Program-made: the position numbers and the translations under genes | DNA from: Chitinophagales bacterium | GTDB taxonomy: Bacteria > Bacteroidota > Bacteroidia > Chitinophagales > Chitinophagaceae | Direction: 5' to 3' | Assembly: GCA_038222655.1 (NCBI GenBank) | Contig: JBBRHM010000001.1 | Location: 3,350 to 67,349 of the forward strand | Length of the DNA: 64,000 bases | Part shown: positions 9,492 through 18,436 of the stretch, one piece after another | How positions within the stretch are numbered: the stretch's first letter is position 1 | How the letters are laid out: each line of letters begins with the position of its first letter | The notes under the pieces: model-generated | What the model saw: the letters and a program-made list of their open reading frames with translations, nothing else | Database searches by the model: none | What the model was told of the DNA's origin: nothing

Positions 9492-10661
9492 TTATGCTTT
9501 CTGGAATATCACATTATGCGTTCCCATACCCCAGGTAGAAATAAAAACCTCTTCAGTTTGACAATAAGCGGTCAAGTCGCCTGTTTTCTTGCTGCTGATC
9601 ATTTCAAAAATATCCTTTATCATCTTGAAAAGGTTTTGCACATACGCTAAATCATCTGTCATGGGTATATGTGCCTGTAGGAATTTATTTATGTCGGCAA
9701 TCAATCCAAGTGCTTCTTTACAGCCCTCTTCGGAATCAGCATCGATAAGACCGTCAGTGATTTCAACAATCCTTTTCAGTTTGGTACTCAGTTCTTCAGA
9801 ACTTACCGGTATAAAACATTTATTTCCTAAAAAATGACTGAGACGGCTTTGCTGAATAAATGAAACAGATGAATTTAATTCGCTTTCTGCAGTAAAAGGT
9901 TTTTTGATCCAGTCCATCGAATGTGCATTCCGGTAAGTTGGCCATGAAGAGAATAACCTGAATCCTTCAGAATGTGCATCACGTAAAAGATCTGCAGGAT
10001 CTATCAGGTATTTTAATCTTACGAATGGATTTTCAATAACATCCATAAACCACGATTCGATTTTTCGGGTATGGATGATACTGTTCCATTTATTAAGGAA
10101 AAGCGTTTGTGCCAGTTCAAGGCCTTCGCCTCCCTGTCCGTTTCTTTTCACAGAATTGTAAATCGCTTTTTGCAATAATTCAATAAACCCTCCATATAGG
10201 TCAATAAAACTTATTACAAACAAACCATCTTCTTCAAGACATTCTTTTGCTTTTTTGATCCAGGCAATATTTGGCTGTATCGTATAAATAAAGCCTTCCG
10301 CATCGATCACATCAAATTTCGATTCGTTTTTGAATTCCAGAAGTGATGCCGCCACGAGGCCATTGATGCTACTTTCCAAACCATATTGCGACAAATAATT
10401 ACGGATATAACTATGCGCTTCTATATTGGGTTCAACAAGGGTTAAAGTGGCACCCCATTTAGCGAACACCAAAGCATTTTCTCCTGTATCAGGGCCAAAC
10501 TCTAATATTTTTTTACCCTTGAAAAAAGTATAGGGCAGGTTAAGGCGATAAAAAAAGTTTTTACGCTGTTCTGAGTACCTGTTCAATTGCTCATCATTGC
10601 CAAAAGCGGCATATGTTGGGCGGATATCTTTTGTTTCATAATAATTAAACAAACTTTCCAT
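9492..10661 (-). CDS. Class I SAM-dependent methyltransferase
   Basis: KILEFGPDTG SAM motif, FDVI, long unassigned C-terminal half. Confidence 0.7.
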   Translation of the reverse strand: MESLFNYYETKDIRPTYAAFGNDEQLNRYSEQRKNFFYRLNLPYTFFKGKKILEFGPDTGENALVFAKWGATLTLVEPNIEAHSYIRNYLSQYGLESSINGLVAASLLEFKNESKFDVIDAEGFIYTIQPNIAWIKKAKECLEEDGLFVISFIDLYGGFIELLQKAIYNSVKRNGQGGEGLELAQTLFLNKWNSIIHTRKIESWFMDVIENPFVRLKYLIDPADLLRDAHSEGFRLFSSWPTYRNAHSMDWIKKPFTAESELNSSVSFIQQSRLSHFLGNKCFIPVSSEELSTKLKRIVEITDGLIDADSEEGCKEALGLIADINKFLQAHIPMTDDLAYVQNLFKMIKDIFEMISSKKTGDLTAYCQTEEVFISTWGMGTHNVIFQKA

Positions 10662-10717
10662 AATCGCTAAATATTATTTTACATATTTTAATTTAATACA
10701 TCGAGGGTTTCGCTCTG

Positions 10718-11962
10718 TTATTCTACAATCCTGAAATGAGGTACAGGTATGATATACTTTCCGGCAGTTTCCAGGTATTTTTTATTTTTCCCAATAAATG
10801 TATCCGCAAAACGCCATGCAAGAATCACTACATAATCAGGTTTCTTTTCATACATAGCATTGGATGGATATACCGGTAAATGATGGCCAGGGCTAAACCT
10901 GCCCTGTTTAGCAATATTATCGTCAACGAGATAATCGAAATATTCTCCCATTTCAAAATGATAAATCAGTGTAGTTCCGGTTACAGAAGCACCAAAACCT
11001 GCTACAGTTTTACCTTCCGCTTTCGCTTTTCGGAGAAAATCAAGCATCTGCTGTTTCAGACCGTCTATCTTCTGCGCATACTTTTCGTAAGTTTCTTTTT
11101 TATAGAGACCATAATTTTCTTCGAAACTAATCAGCTCTTCAACGCTTTTATCTTTTGCTCTTGGCCCGTCCTTATGCTGTACAAAATAACGCAGCGAACC
11201 TCCTTTGGTGGGAACCCTGTCTACTGAAAAAAGCTCCAGCCCGTGTTTCTCAAATAGTGTTTTTACAGGTTTAACAGAAAAAGAAGTGATATGCTCATGG
11301 TATATGAAATCAAATACCATATTCTCTACAAGATCGGCTAAATAATAACTTTCAAAAACGTATACACCTTTCTCATCCAGCAATTCTTTAATGCAGGCAA
11401 CCCATGTATTGATATCATCAATATTGGCAAATACATTATTGGAAGTGATCAGTTTTGGCTTGCTATGTTCTGCTATTATCTTTTTAACCAGGTCCGGACC
11501 GAAATAACCATTCATGGTTGGAACACCGTTTCCATTGGCTAATTCGGCAATATGTGGTGCCGGTTCAATTCCCAATGCATTCAGCCCGTTTTGCTGAAAG
11601 AAATGTAAAAGAGTTCCATCATTACTTCCAATATCTACTACAAGTGATTTATCTTCTAATTTAGATTTAGCTACTACATCGGCAGCGTATTGTTTAAAAT
11701 GACTATCCAATCCAAAAGAACTAGAAGTGTTATATATGTATTCGCCATACAAAACATCTGAATCGATTACATCGGGCAACTGTGCAAGGCCACAATCCTG
11801 GCACATAAAAAGATCAATCGGATAGGAAGGTTGAAAAACACCTACTTTTTCTTTCAGCACATATGCATCCCCGATAGGTGAAGGTTTCAGGCTAAAGAAT
11901 AATTCCATGTTTTCACTGCCGCAACCACGGCAGTCTTTTCTTCTGTAAATAACTTGATCCAT
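10718..11962 (-). CDS. NDP-sugar C-methyltransferase family protein
   Basis: CRGC...CQDC Zn motif, VDIGSNDG, GIEP, FDFIYHEH, GGSLR, GFGAS, VDDN, ILAWRF. Confidence 0.85.
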   Translation of the reverse strand: MDQVIYRRKDCRGCGSENMELFFSLKPSPIGDAYVLKEKVGVFQPSYPIDLFMCQDCGLAQLPDVIDSDVLYGEYIYNTSSSFGLDSHFKQYAADVVAKSKLEDKSLVVDIGSNDGTLLHFFQQNGLNALGIEPAPHIAELANGNGVPTMNGYFGPDLVKKIIAEHSKPKLITSNNVFANIDDINTWVACIKELLDEKGVYVFESYYLADLVENMVFDFIYHEHITSFSVKPVKTLFEKHGLELFSVDRVPTKGGSLRYFVQHKDGPRAKDKSVEELISFEENYGLYKKETYEKYAQKIDGLKQQMLDFLRKAKAEGKTVAGFGASVTGTTLIYHFEMGEYFDYLVDDNIAKQGRFSPGHHLPVYPSNAMYEKKPDYVVILAWRFADTFIGKNKKYLETAGKYIIPVPHFRIVE

Positions 11963-11963
11963 A

Positions 11964-12494
11964 TTATAAGTGATTCTGTTTGTTTATTTTTTCCTCAAGC
12001 GTTGTAATAAAATCTGCTGATCCTTGTAAATCTGCATCTTCCGGCGACCATGGTGCAAAGACGGTATCGCTCCTGTCGAAAGGACCATTGGTTGTTTCGT
12101 GAAACACCAATACCTCAGACCTGATTAGGAGGGTATGGTAAACGGGTTCGCCAATACGTAAGTAAAAGGATACACCGGAGGAAAAATCTCCCATCGGAAT
12201 TATCTTTTTTATTTCGCCATTGTCTTCAAAGAAAACGATGTCTACTTTGCCCTGGATGATATGTATAGATTCTGATTTACCCGGGTGTTTATGCGGCCTT
12301 ACATAACAATCTTTTTCATGAATGATGAGCATTTCATGTAGCCTGTCATCCACACCGCTATGGGTGCATAAACGAATCCGTCTTCTTGGATTTTGATTGG
12401 CCTCGAGTGTTAACTTCTCTATCATCCCTGCATTAGATTCTGTCAGGAGAGATGTTGAATAATATACCTCGTTATTTACTTTTTTTAGATCCAT
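11964..12494 (-). CDS. WbuC-family cupin
   Basis: RRRIRLCTH, YVRPHKH..KSE, YHTL, FHETTNGPF, FAPWSP. Confidence 0.8.
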   Translation of the reverse strand: MDLKKVNNEVYYSTSLLTESNAGMIEKLTLEANQNPRRRIRLCTHSGVDDRLHEMLIIHEKDCYVRPHKHPGKSESIHIIQGKVDIVFFEDNGEIKKIIPMGDFSSGVSFYLRIGEPVYHTLLIRSEVLVFHETTNGPFDRSDTVFAPWSPEDADLQGSADFITTLEEKINKQNHL

Positions 12495-12497
12495 ATA

Positions 12498-13715
12498 TTA
12501 TCCGGTAATAAAACTTTTCCAAAATGGTGGTAATAAATCGGAAGGTGGTATCAATGACCAGAACTGTCCGCCACCATCTACCCATTTTTGATGTTTGCCA
12601 ATTACTTTATGTTCATTTTCAACATTTACGGCCAGGAAACAGATATCAATATTGGAAGAATACAATTCGACACCGGATACAATTGGAATTTTACAACCAG
12701 GTGTAAACAGGTTTTGTTTTTCTTTTTGATCATCAAGGATAAGGTCGACATAACCACCAACCTCTAAAAAATTAAGTAGGCAGAATGTACTTGAACCTGC
12801 ACCATAGACGGCAATTTTTTTCCCTTTCTCTTTTTCGGTTTTCAGGTACTGCAGAAAATTATCTTTAAAACTGCTCCACCTGTCTGCATACTGCTGATTT
12901 AATGAAAGCAATGATTCAAGATACTTTGTATCGGGCTTTACATCTTTTGTTTTGCGGCCAATAACAAATAATGCTTCCCCGCTAAAAACAATAATATCTT
13001 CCTGAACAGCTTTAATCCCTATTTGAGCCAAATACCATTTCATTGTCTCCATAGTGAAATAATTGACATGCTCTTCCCAAAGCGCATAATTATAAGACTC
13101 AAGGCAACGTTTAAAATTTGGAACTTCTATCAAAATATATCCATTATCAGCCAATAATAGATCTATAGATTTGATCATATCCGGAAGATCACTGATATGC
13201 TCAAGTACGTGCCTGGCCATCAAAAGATCAAATGTTCCGTGTTCATCTTTGATCTTTTTTGCAGTTTCTATATTGAGATAATCATGAATTACATTGTATC
13301 CTTTCTCTTTGGCTATATTAAAGCCGTCGGTAGTGGGTTCTATTCCCATGAAATTGGTAAAACCATTTGCTGCAAAATGATCAAAGAATATCCCGTCATT
13401 GCAACCGATCTCAAAAATTTTTGAGTCTGTTGTAAACCCTTCCAGTGATTTTAAAATCTCAATTTCCTTTGGAATTTGCGGTTGCGACTTCCATGAACTT
13501 AAAGTAACATAGTTGTCGTACAATAAGTTCGGCGGACATGAATCTACCAGCTGTGTAAGACCACAGGATTTACATACATATAAGTTCATTGGGAATACCG
13601 GTTGAACTTCGTCCCTGTATTTGGTGTAATGCTTCATAATTGGATAGTTTCCAAACTCAATCAACGCTGATAGGTCGGTGCCGGAACAAAGATTACAGCT
13701 ATACAAATTCTTCAT
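12498..13715 (-). CDS. Second NDP-sugar C-methyltransferase family protein
   Basis: CNLC...CKSC, FEIGCNDG, GIEP, RHVLEHI, IEVPN, EEHVNYF, YGAG. Confidence 0.8.
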   Translation of the reverse strand: MKNLYSCNLCSGTDLSALIEFGNYPIMKHYTKYRDEVQPVFPMNLYVCKSCGLTQLVDSCPPNLLYDNYVTLSSWKSQPQIPKEIEILKSLEGFTTDSKIFEIGCNDGIFFDHFAANGFTNFMGIEPTTDGFNIAKEKGYNVIHDYLNIETAKKIKDEHGTFDLLMARHVLEHISDLPDMIKSIDLLLADNGYILIEVPNFKRCLESYNYALWEEHVNYFTMETMKWYLAQIGIKAVQEDIIVFSGEALFVIGRKTKDVKPDTKYLESLLSLNQQYADRWSSFKDNFLQYLKTEKEKGKKIAVYGAGSSTFCLLNFLEVGGYVDLILDDQKEKQNLFTPGCKIPIVSGVELYSSNIDICFLAVNVENEHKVIGKHQKWVDGGGQFWSLIPPSDLLPPFWKSFITG

Positions 13716-13786
13716 ATTTATTTTTTATTGGGAAAAGAGATTTAGGTAATTAAACCAGATTATTTACAAACGAATTAACTATTTGA

Positions 13787-14830
13787 TCAAAGTGCATGCC
13801 CCATATTAACCAGAATACGCCCACAATCACCTTGCCGCATGAGGTCGAGAGCCATATTAATATCATCGAGTGAAAATTCGTGTGTTATCAGTCCGTCTAA
13901 ATTCATCTTATTGGCATTCATTAATTTAATAAGCCTGGGAATCTCAACATCAGGAACGGCATCGCCGCCATGAGACCCGGTTAATTGCTTATTGAAATGG
14001 AGCGGCAGCGTATAGATAGACACATTGTCTCCTTTTTTAGGTACCCCTACCAAAATAGTTTTTCCATCAACATTAGTAAGATCGTATGCCTGTTCTATTA
14101 CCCGTGCGTTACCAGTCGTATCAATTACCACATCTGCACCTTTGGAGCCTACAATTGCCTTAATCTTCTCTGTAAGATCAGTTTCGTTTTTACTGTTGAA
14201 ACCGTGGGTCATTCCGAATTTTTTTCCGAGCTCCAGTTTTTGGGCATTGATATCAATACCTATAATAGGGTGTGCCGAAACCATGCCTGCAGATTGGGCG
14301 AGGTTAATGCCAACACCACCCATACCAAAGATTACGACAGACTGTCCTATCTTAACCTTTGCATCATTATTAATAACCCCAACCGCAGTAGTTACTGCAC
14401 AACCAAAAAGAGGTGCCAGTCTAAGGTCAAAATCTTTTGGGATAACGGTTAAACGGTTTTCCGAAATAACAGCATAATCGTTGAAGGTGGTTACCCATCC
14501 TGCATTAACTGTTTTGCTGCCCCAGTGATATTTTGCCGTGGGTGCCTGTATGCCACTGCTTGGCCTCCAGTGAAGTACAACATGATCATCCTCTTTAACA
14601 GTTGTTACGCCGGGTCCGGTTTTTAAAACTTTGCCTGATCCTTCATGCCCTAACAAATGTGGTAAAAACTTATCCGGCCCCTTACTCGCATTTATTTCAT
14701 TCAACTGGGCACCGCAAATACCACTGAAATAGATTTGTACCAGCACCTGTCCATACTCAAGATTATCGTTATAAGAAATATTATCAATAACCAGGGGCTT
14801 ACCACTTTCAACCAGTATTGCTGCTTTCAT
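13787..14830 (-). CDS. Zn-dependent alcohol dehydrogenase (MDR family)
   Basis: GICGAQ, GHEGSG, GCAVTT, FGMGGVG; lacks the structural Zn Cys cluster. Confidence 0.85.
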   Translation of the reverse strand: MKAAILVESGKPLVIDNISYNDNLEYGQVLVQIYFSGICGAQLNEINASKGPDKFLPHLLGHEGSGKVLKTGPGVTTVKEDDHVVLHWRPSSGIQAPTAKYHWGSKTVNAGWVTTFNDYAVISENRLTVIPKDFDLRLAPLFGCAVTTAVGVINNDAKVKIGQSVVIFGMGGVGINLAQSAGMVSAHPIIGIDINAQKLELGKKFGMTHGFNSKNETDLTEKIKAIVGSKGADVVIDTTGNARVIEQAYDLTNVDGKTILVGVPKKGDNVSIYTLPLHFNKQLTGSHGGDAVPDVEIPRLIKLMNANKMNLDGLITHEFSLDDINMALDLMRQGDCGRILVNMGHAL

Positions 14831-14839
14831 GTAGTTGTT

Positions 14840-15505
14840 TTATTCAAAATAAATAAACTCGAAATCTCCTGTGTAGCCAAAGTGTTCATATAACCATATC
14901 CACTCTTCTTTGTCGAAGAATGATTCGCAGGTAAGTGCCCAGCACTGTAAATTAAACTGCTCCAGTTCATTGCGGTAGCTCTCCAGCATTACATATCCTT
15001 GTTTTCCTACACGCTCGATTTCTTTTAATGCCGGCTGTAATTCAAACAGGCGCAGGTTATGAAGCGTTGTTAAACTGATCACCAGGTCAAATTCCTTATC
15101 TCCGAATGGGTATGGATCCTGAGCCCTTTGTACCATTATATAGGGTTTGATATCGGGATGAGAATTCTCTATTCCATGTTTGGAAATATCAAACCCAACG
15201 ACATGTATACCAGGAAGAATTTTTTTGATTTCATATAAAAGAAAACCTTTGCCGCAACCTACATCCAGGATTTTTGAATCATTGGTGAGATGATAATCAG
15301 CAATTAATGCTTCTGCAACCGGCTTCCATCGGCCTTCAATAAAACGGTATCCTCCATATCCATATCTTCTGTCCCCATCCCAATAATCGCCTTCGTATTC
15401 TTTAGCCTTTAACATGCACTTTACTTTCTCATCAACCATTCTTGCGAGGTAATCCCTTTTGGTAGCCTGGTGTAAAGGAGTTACAAAATTTTTGAGTTGT
15501 TTCAT
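14840..15505 (-). CDS. Class I SAM-dependent methyltransferase
   Basis: ILDVGCGKG, GFDIS, PFGDKEFDLVIS, ALKEIERV. Confidence 0.85.
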   Translation of the reverse strand: MKQLKNFVTPLHQATKRDYLARMVDEKVKCMLKAKEYEGDYWDGDRRYGYGGYRFIEGRWKPVAEALIADYHLTNDSKILDVGCGKGFLLYEIKKILPGIHVVGFDISKHGIENSHPDIKPYIMVQRAQDPYPFGDKEFDLVISLTTLHNLRLFELQPALKEIERVGKQGYVMLESYRNELEQFNLQCWALTCESFFDKEEWIWLYEHFGYTGDFEFIYFE

Positions 15506-15906
15506 TTACTTATTGAATTTGAATGTGATAAAATTTGCTTAACGCGCCATATATTTTCAATCCGTTCCATATCTTGCCTGTTTCTCATCGATAAGCCTTC
15601 TACGCAAAAATGCAGTTCCTTTTTTTGAATCAATACTTTTTCATAGATAACATTCCTTTCTACTTCATCTTCCGGTAACTGAAAAAGGCTATATGCTGCA
15701 ATGCCGTCTAACTGTGGCAATTCATCAAGGAGTAGTTTAAAGATGAGATGGCAGTGTTCCATCGCGTATTCGCTTGCACTTAATAAAAAATGTAAGCTGT
15801 TCTTATCGCAGTAATCCCTGATCACTATGTTCTGGATGTGTTGCGGCACGCGTTCATCCATAAAACTCCTGCTGAAAACATAACCCCTTACTTTTTTCTT
15901 CCTCAT
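15502..15906 (-). CDS. Sporadic carbohydrate cluster protein (TIGR04323/LIC12192-like)
   Basis: RGYVFSRSF..ERVPQHIQNIVIRDYC, LSASEY, YSLFQLP; adjacent to the 2OG oxygenase as recalled for this family. Confidence 0.7.
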   Translation of the reverse strand: MRKKKVRGYVFSRSFMDERVPQHIQNIVIRDYCDKNSLHFLLSASEYAMEHCHLIFKLLLDELPQLDGIAAYSLFQLPEDEVERNVIYEKVLIQKKELHFCVEGLSMRNRQDMERIENIWRVKQILSHSNSISK

Positions 15907-16694
15907 ACTTTAGGCAGTTTATAAGCCATCCCCGTTCGTGTTGCTGCGCGAAGTGTAATCGGTTCAAAAAATTCGCCAAGTTTTTTATCACCATACGGAG
16001 TGAATACACCTTTAAACCGGCAATTCATTGACCATCTTGTTTCAGATTCTGTATTAACCCTGTTCCCATGTGGAAGCGACTGATCAAAGATCAACACTTC
16101 ACCATATTTTACTTCCAGCCATGTAACATCATTAACGATGGCCTGGTAAAGATCTTCACTACTTTTACCTGCGCGGTTTGTAAAATCGCGGTTCAATTCT
16201 GCGGCGTGGTCTGGAGGTAGCAGATACATCGCTTTGGTTCCATAGCAGTTTACCAGAGGTAACCAAACCACTACTTCGTAAGGAGAATCACCAGACCATG
16301 TATCTGCATGTACCGGCAACAGCGAGCTGTTATCGTCGGGAAACTGTATACTTAAATTTACACGCAGTTGCATAGCCAGTTCATTGCCCACAATTATGTC
16401 AAGATAATTTTTTGCTACGCGGTAATACATTTCACGAAAGCCTTCCACATCATTAAATCCCCTGATGATCTTCAGCCTGAAAGCATTCAATTCTGCTACC
16501 GGTACTTTTTCATGAATGTGATTTAACAAATCTTCCGGCGTTGCATCAATGGCTATATCCAGTGTTTCTCCAACCAACCTTACAAACTGGTTACGCATCC
16601 AGTCCAATGCTTCCGTGTCTTCGATCTGGCGTATCACGTATCCCTGTTCAAGGTATTCTTCCGATAATTTATTTTCTGATTTACTCAAAAACAT
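15903..16694 (-). CDS. Sporadic carbohydrate cluster 2OG-Fe(II) oxygenase (TIGR04324-like)
   Basis: HxD (VHADTWSGDS), distal His (PHGN), RWSMNCRFK. Confidence 0.75.
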   Translation of the reverse strand: MFLSKSENKLSEEYLEQGYVIRQIEDTEALDWMRNQFVRLVGETLDIAIDATPEDLLNHIHEKVPVAELNAFRLKIIRGFNDVEGFREMYYRVAKNYLDIIVGNELAMQLRVNLSIQFPDDNSSLLPVHADTWSGDSPYEVVVWLPLVNCYGTKAMYLLPPDHAAELNRDFTNRAGKSSEDLYQAIVNDVTWLEVKYGEVLIFDQSLPHGNRVNTESETRWSMNCRFKGVFTPYGDKKLGEFFEPITLRAATRTGMAYKLPKV

Positions 16695-16696
16695 AT

Positions 16697-17626
16697 TTAC
16701 TTCTTTTGTATTTTTTTACGCATCGTTTCCATGAGCGTTTCTACTGTGATACCCCAATGTTTCCAGAGACTTTCCTGTGACCCATATTGTTTTGCAAACT
16801 GATCAGGAATTCCAATGCGCGCTATTTTTGAAGATTGCTGTGGCATATGATCATTTGTAAATTCCAATACTGCGGAACCCAGCCCGCCTATGCGGGTATG
16901 CTCCTCAACAGTTACTACAGCATCTACACCAGGTAATAAGTTGGAGAGGGCGGATTCGTCAAGTGGTTTGATCGTGTGCATATGTAAAACGCCGCATACC
17001 AATCCTTCGTCTTTCAATTTATCAGCCGCTTCGAGCGCAAGTTGTGTCATCACTCCGGTTGAAATAAAAAGTCCTTCGCCAACTTCACGCATCAATATCG
17101 CTTTACCTATCTGGAAGCCGTGTTTTTCTTCACTTACCACTTTATCGCCGCCTTTTCCAAGACGGATATAAATAGGGTGCGGCCAGTCAAGCGTTGTTGC
17201 CATAAAGCGTTTCATTTCATCTGCATCACAAGGTGCTACAACAGCCATATTAGGAAGTGCGCGCATGATAGCGATGTCTTCAACAGCCAGATGTGTTGGC
17301 CCCAGCGGCGCGTAAACTACGCCACCGCCATTGGCTATCAACCGCACGGGTAAATCCTGCAGGCAAAGATCAAGTGCAACTTGCTCATAACAGCGCCGTG
17401 TAAGAAAAGTAGCAATGGTATTTACATAAGGAATAAATCCTTCCATGGCCAAACCGGCAGCCATACCTACAATGTGTTGTTCACTCACCCCTTCCATAAA
17501 GAAACGCTCAGGCATTTCTTTTTTCATGGCAAGCAATACATCGGGGCCTAGATCTGATCCAATAAAAATAACCTTGTCATTTACCTTAGCAAGTTCGTAT
17601 ACGGAGTCAAGGGCTTTTTTTCTCAT
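16697..17626 (-). CDS. Transketolase, C-terminal (pyrimidine-binding) subunit
   Basis: RFFMEGVSEQ, YEQV, GPTH, YIRLGK, VTVEEH..IGGLG. Confidence 0.9.
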   Translation of the reverse strand: MRKKALDSVYELAKVNDKVIFIGSDLGPDVLLAMKKEMPERFFMEGVSEQHIVGMAAGLAMEGFIPYVNTIATFLTRRCYEQVALDLCLQDLPVRLIANGGGVVYAPLGPTHLAVEDIAIMRALPNMAVVAPCDADEMKRFMATTLDWPHPIYIRLGKGGDKVVSEEKHGFQIGKAILMREVGEGLFISTGVMTQLALEAADKLKDEGLVCGVLHMHTIKPLDESALSNLLPGVDAVVTVEEHTRIGGLGSAVLEFTNDHMPQQSSKIARIGIPDQFAKQYGSQESLWKHWGITVETLMETMRKKIQKK

Positions 17627-17633
17627 ATTTAAA

Positions 17634-18431
17634 TTATTCTAAGCATTTATACATATCCGCTATTTCTTCGGGTTTCATGTTTGATTTATGATGCCATTCC
17701 GCTTTTCCTTCTGCATACGGAAAGCCTTTGGATTTGATGGTATGACAAATAACCGTGGTAGGCTTTTCTTTATTAACCGGCAACTGTTTTACAACCGCTT
17801 CCAATGCGTTTACATCATGGCCATCTACTTCTATCACTTCAAAACCAAAGCTTCGCCATTTATCTGCAAGTGGTTCCAGATCGAGTACTTCTTTGGTAGC
17901 TCCGTAAGATTGGAGTTTATTGTAATCTATAAAAACAGTGAGGTTAGAAAGTTTGTGTTTTGATGCAGACATAGCAGCCTCCCAAACAGACCCTTCGTTG
18001 ATCTCTCCATCACCGCAAATAACCACAACACGAAAATCTTTTTTTTGCAGCCTTGCTGCGATGGCCATTCCTACACCCATCGGAAGACCATGCCCCAAAG
18101 CACCTGTAGAAGCTTCTACACCGGGTATTTTACCGCGTTCAGGATGTCCGCCGATACGTGCTGTTGATTTGCAAAAAGTTTTCATTTCTTCCCTTTCAAT
18201 AAATCCTTTATCCGCAAGAATAGCATACAGTGCAAGACATCCGTGACCTTTACTCAGGATAAGCCGGTCGCGGTCGGCCCACGTTGCATTGTCGGGCTTA
18301 AAATGAAGATAAGAATCATAGAGTACGCGCAGCATTTCTACCAGTGACATGGATGAGCCGAGATGTCCTCTTCCGCCTCCTTCAAGACCTTCGACGATTA
18401 ATTTTCTCAAATATTTAGAACGTTGATCCAT
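17634..18431 (-). CDS. Transketolase, N-terminal (ThDP-binding) subunit
   Basis: GHLGSSMS, DRLILSKGH, STGALGHG, GDGEINEGSVWEA...DYN, VDGHD, WHH. Confidence 0.9.
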   Translation of the reverse strand: MDQRSKYLRKLIVEGLEGGGRGHLGSSMSLVEMLRVLYDSYLHFKPDNATWADRDRLILSKGHGCLALYAILADKGFIEREEMKTFCKSTARIGGHPERGKIPGVEASTGALGHGLPMGVGMAIAARLQKKDFRVVVICGDGEINEGSVWEAAMSASKHKLSNLTVFIDYNKLQSYGATKEVLDLEPLADKWRSFGFEVIEVDGHDVNALEAVVKQLPVNKEKPTTVICHTIKSKGFPYAEGKAEWHHKSNMKPEEIADMYKCLE

Positions 18432-18436
18432 GTGGT

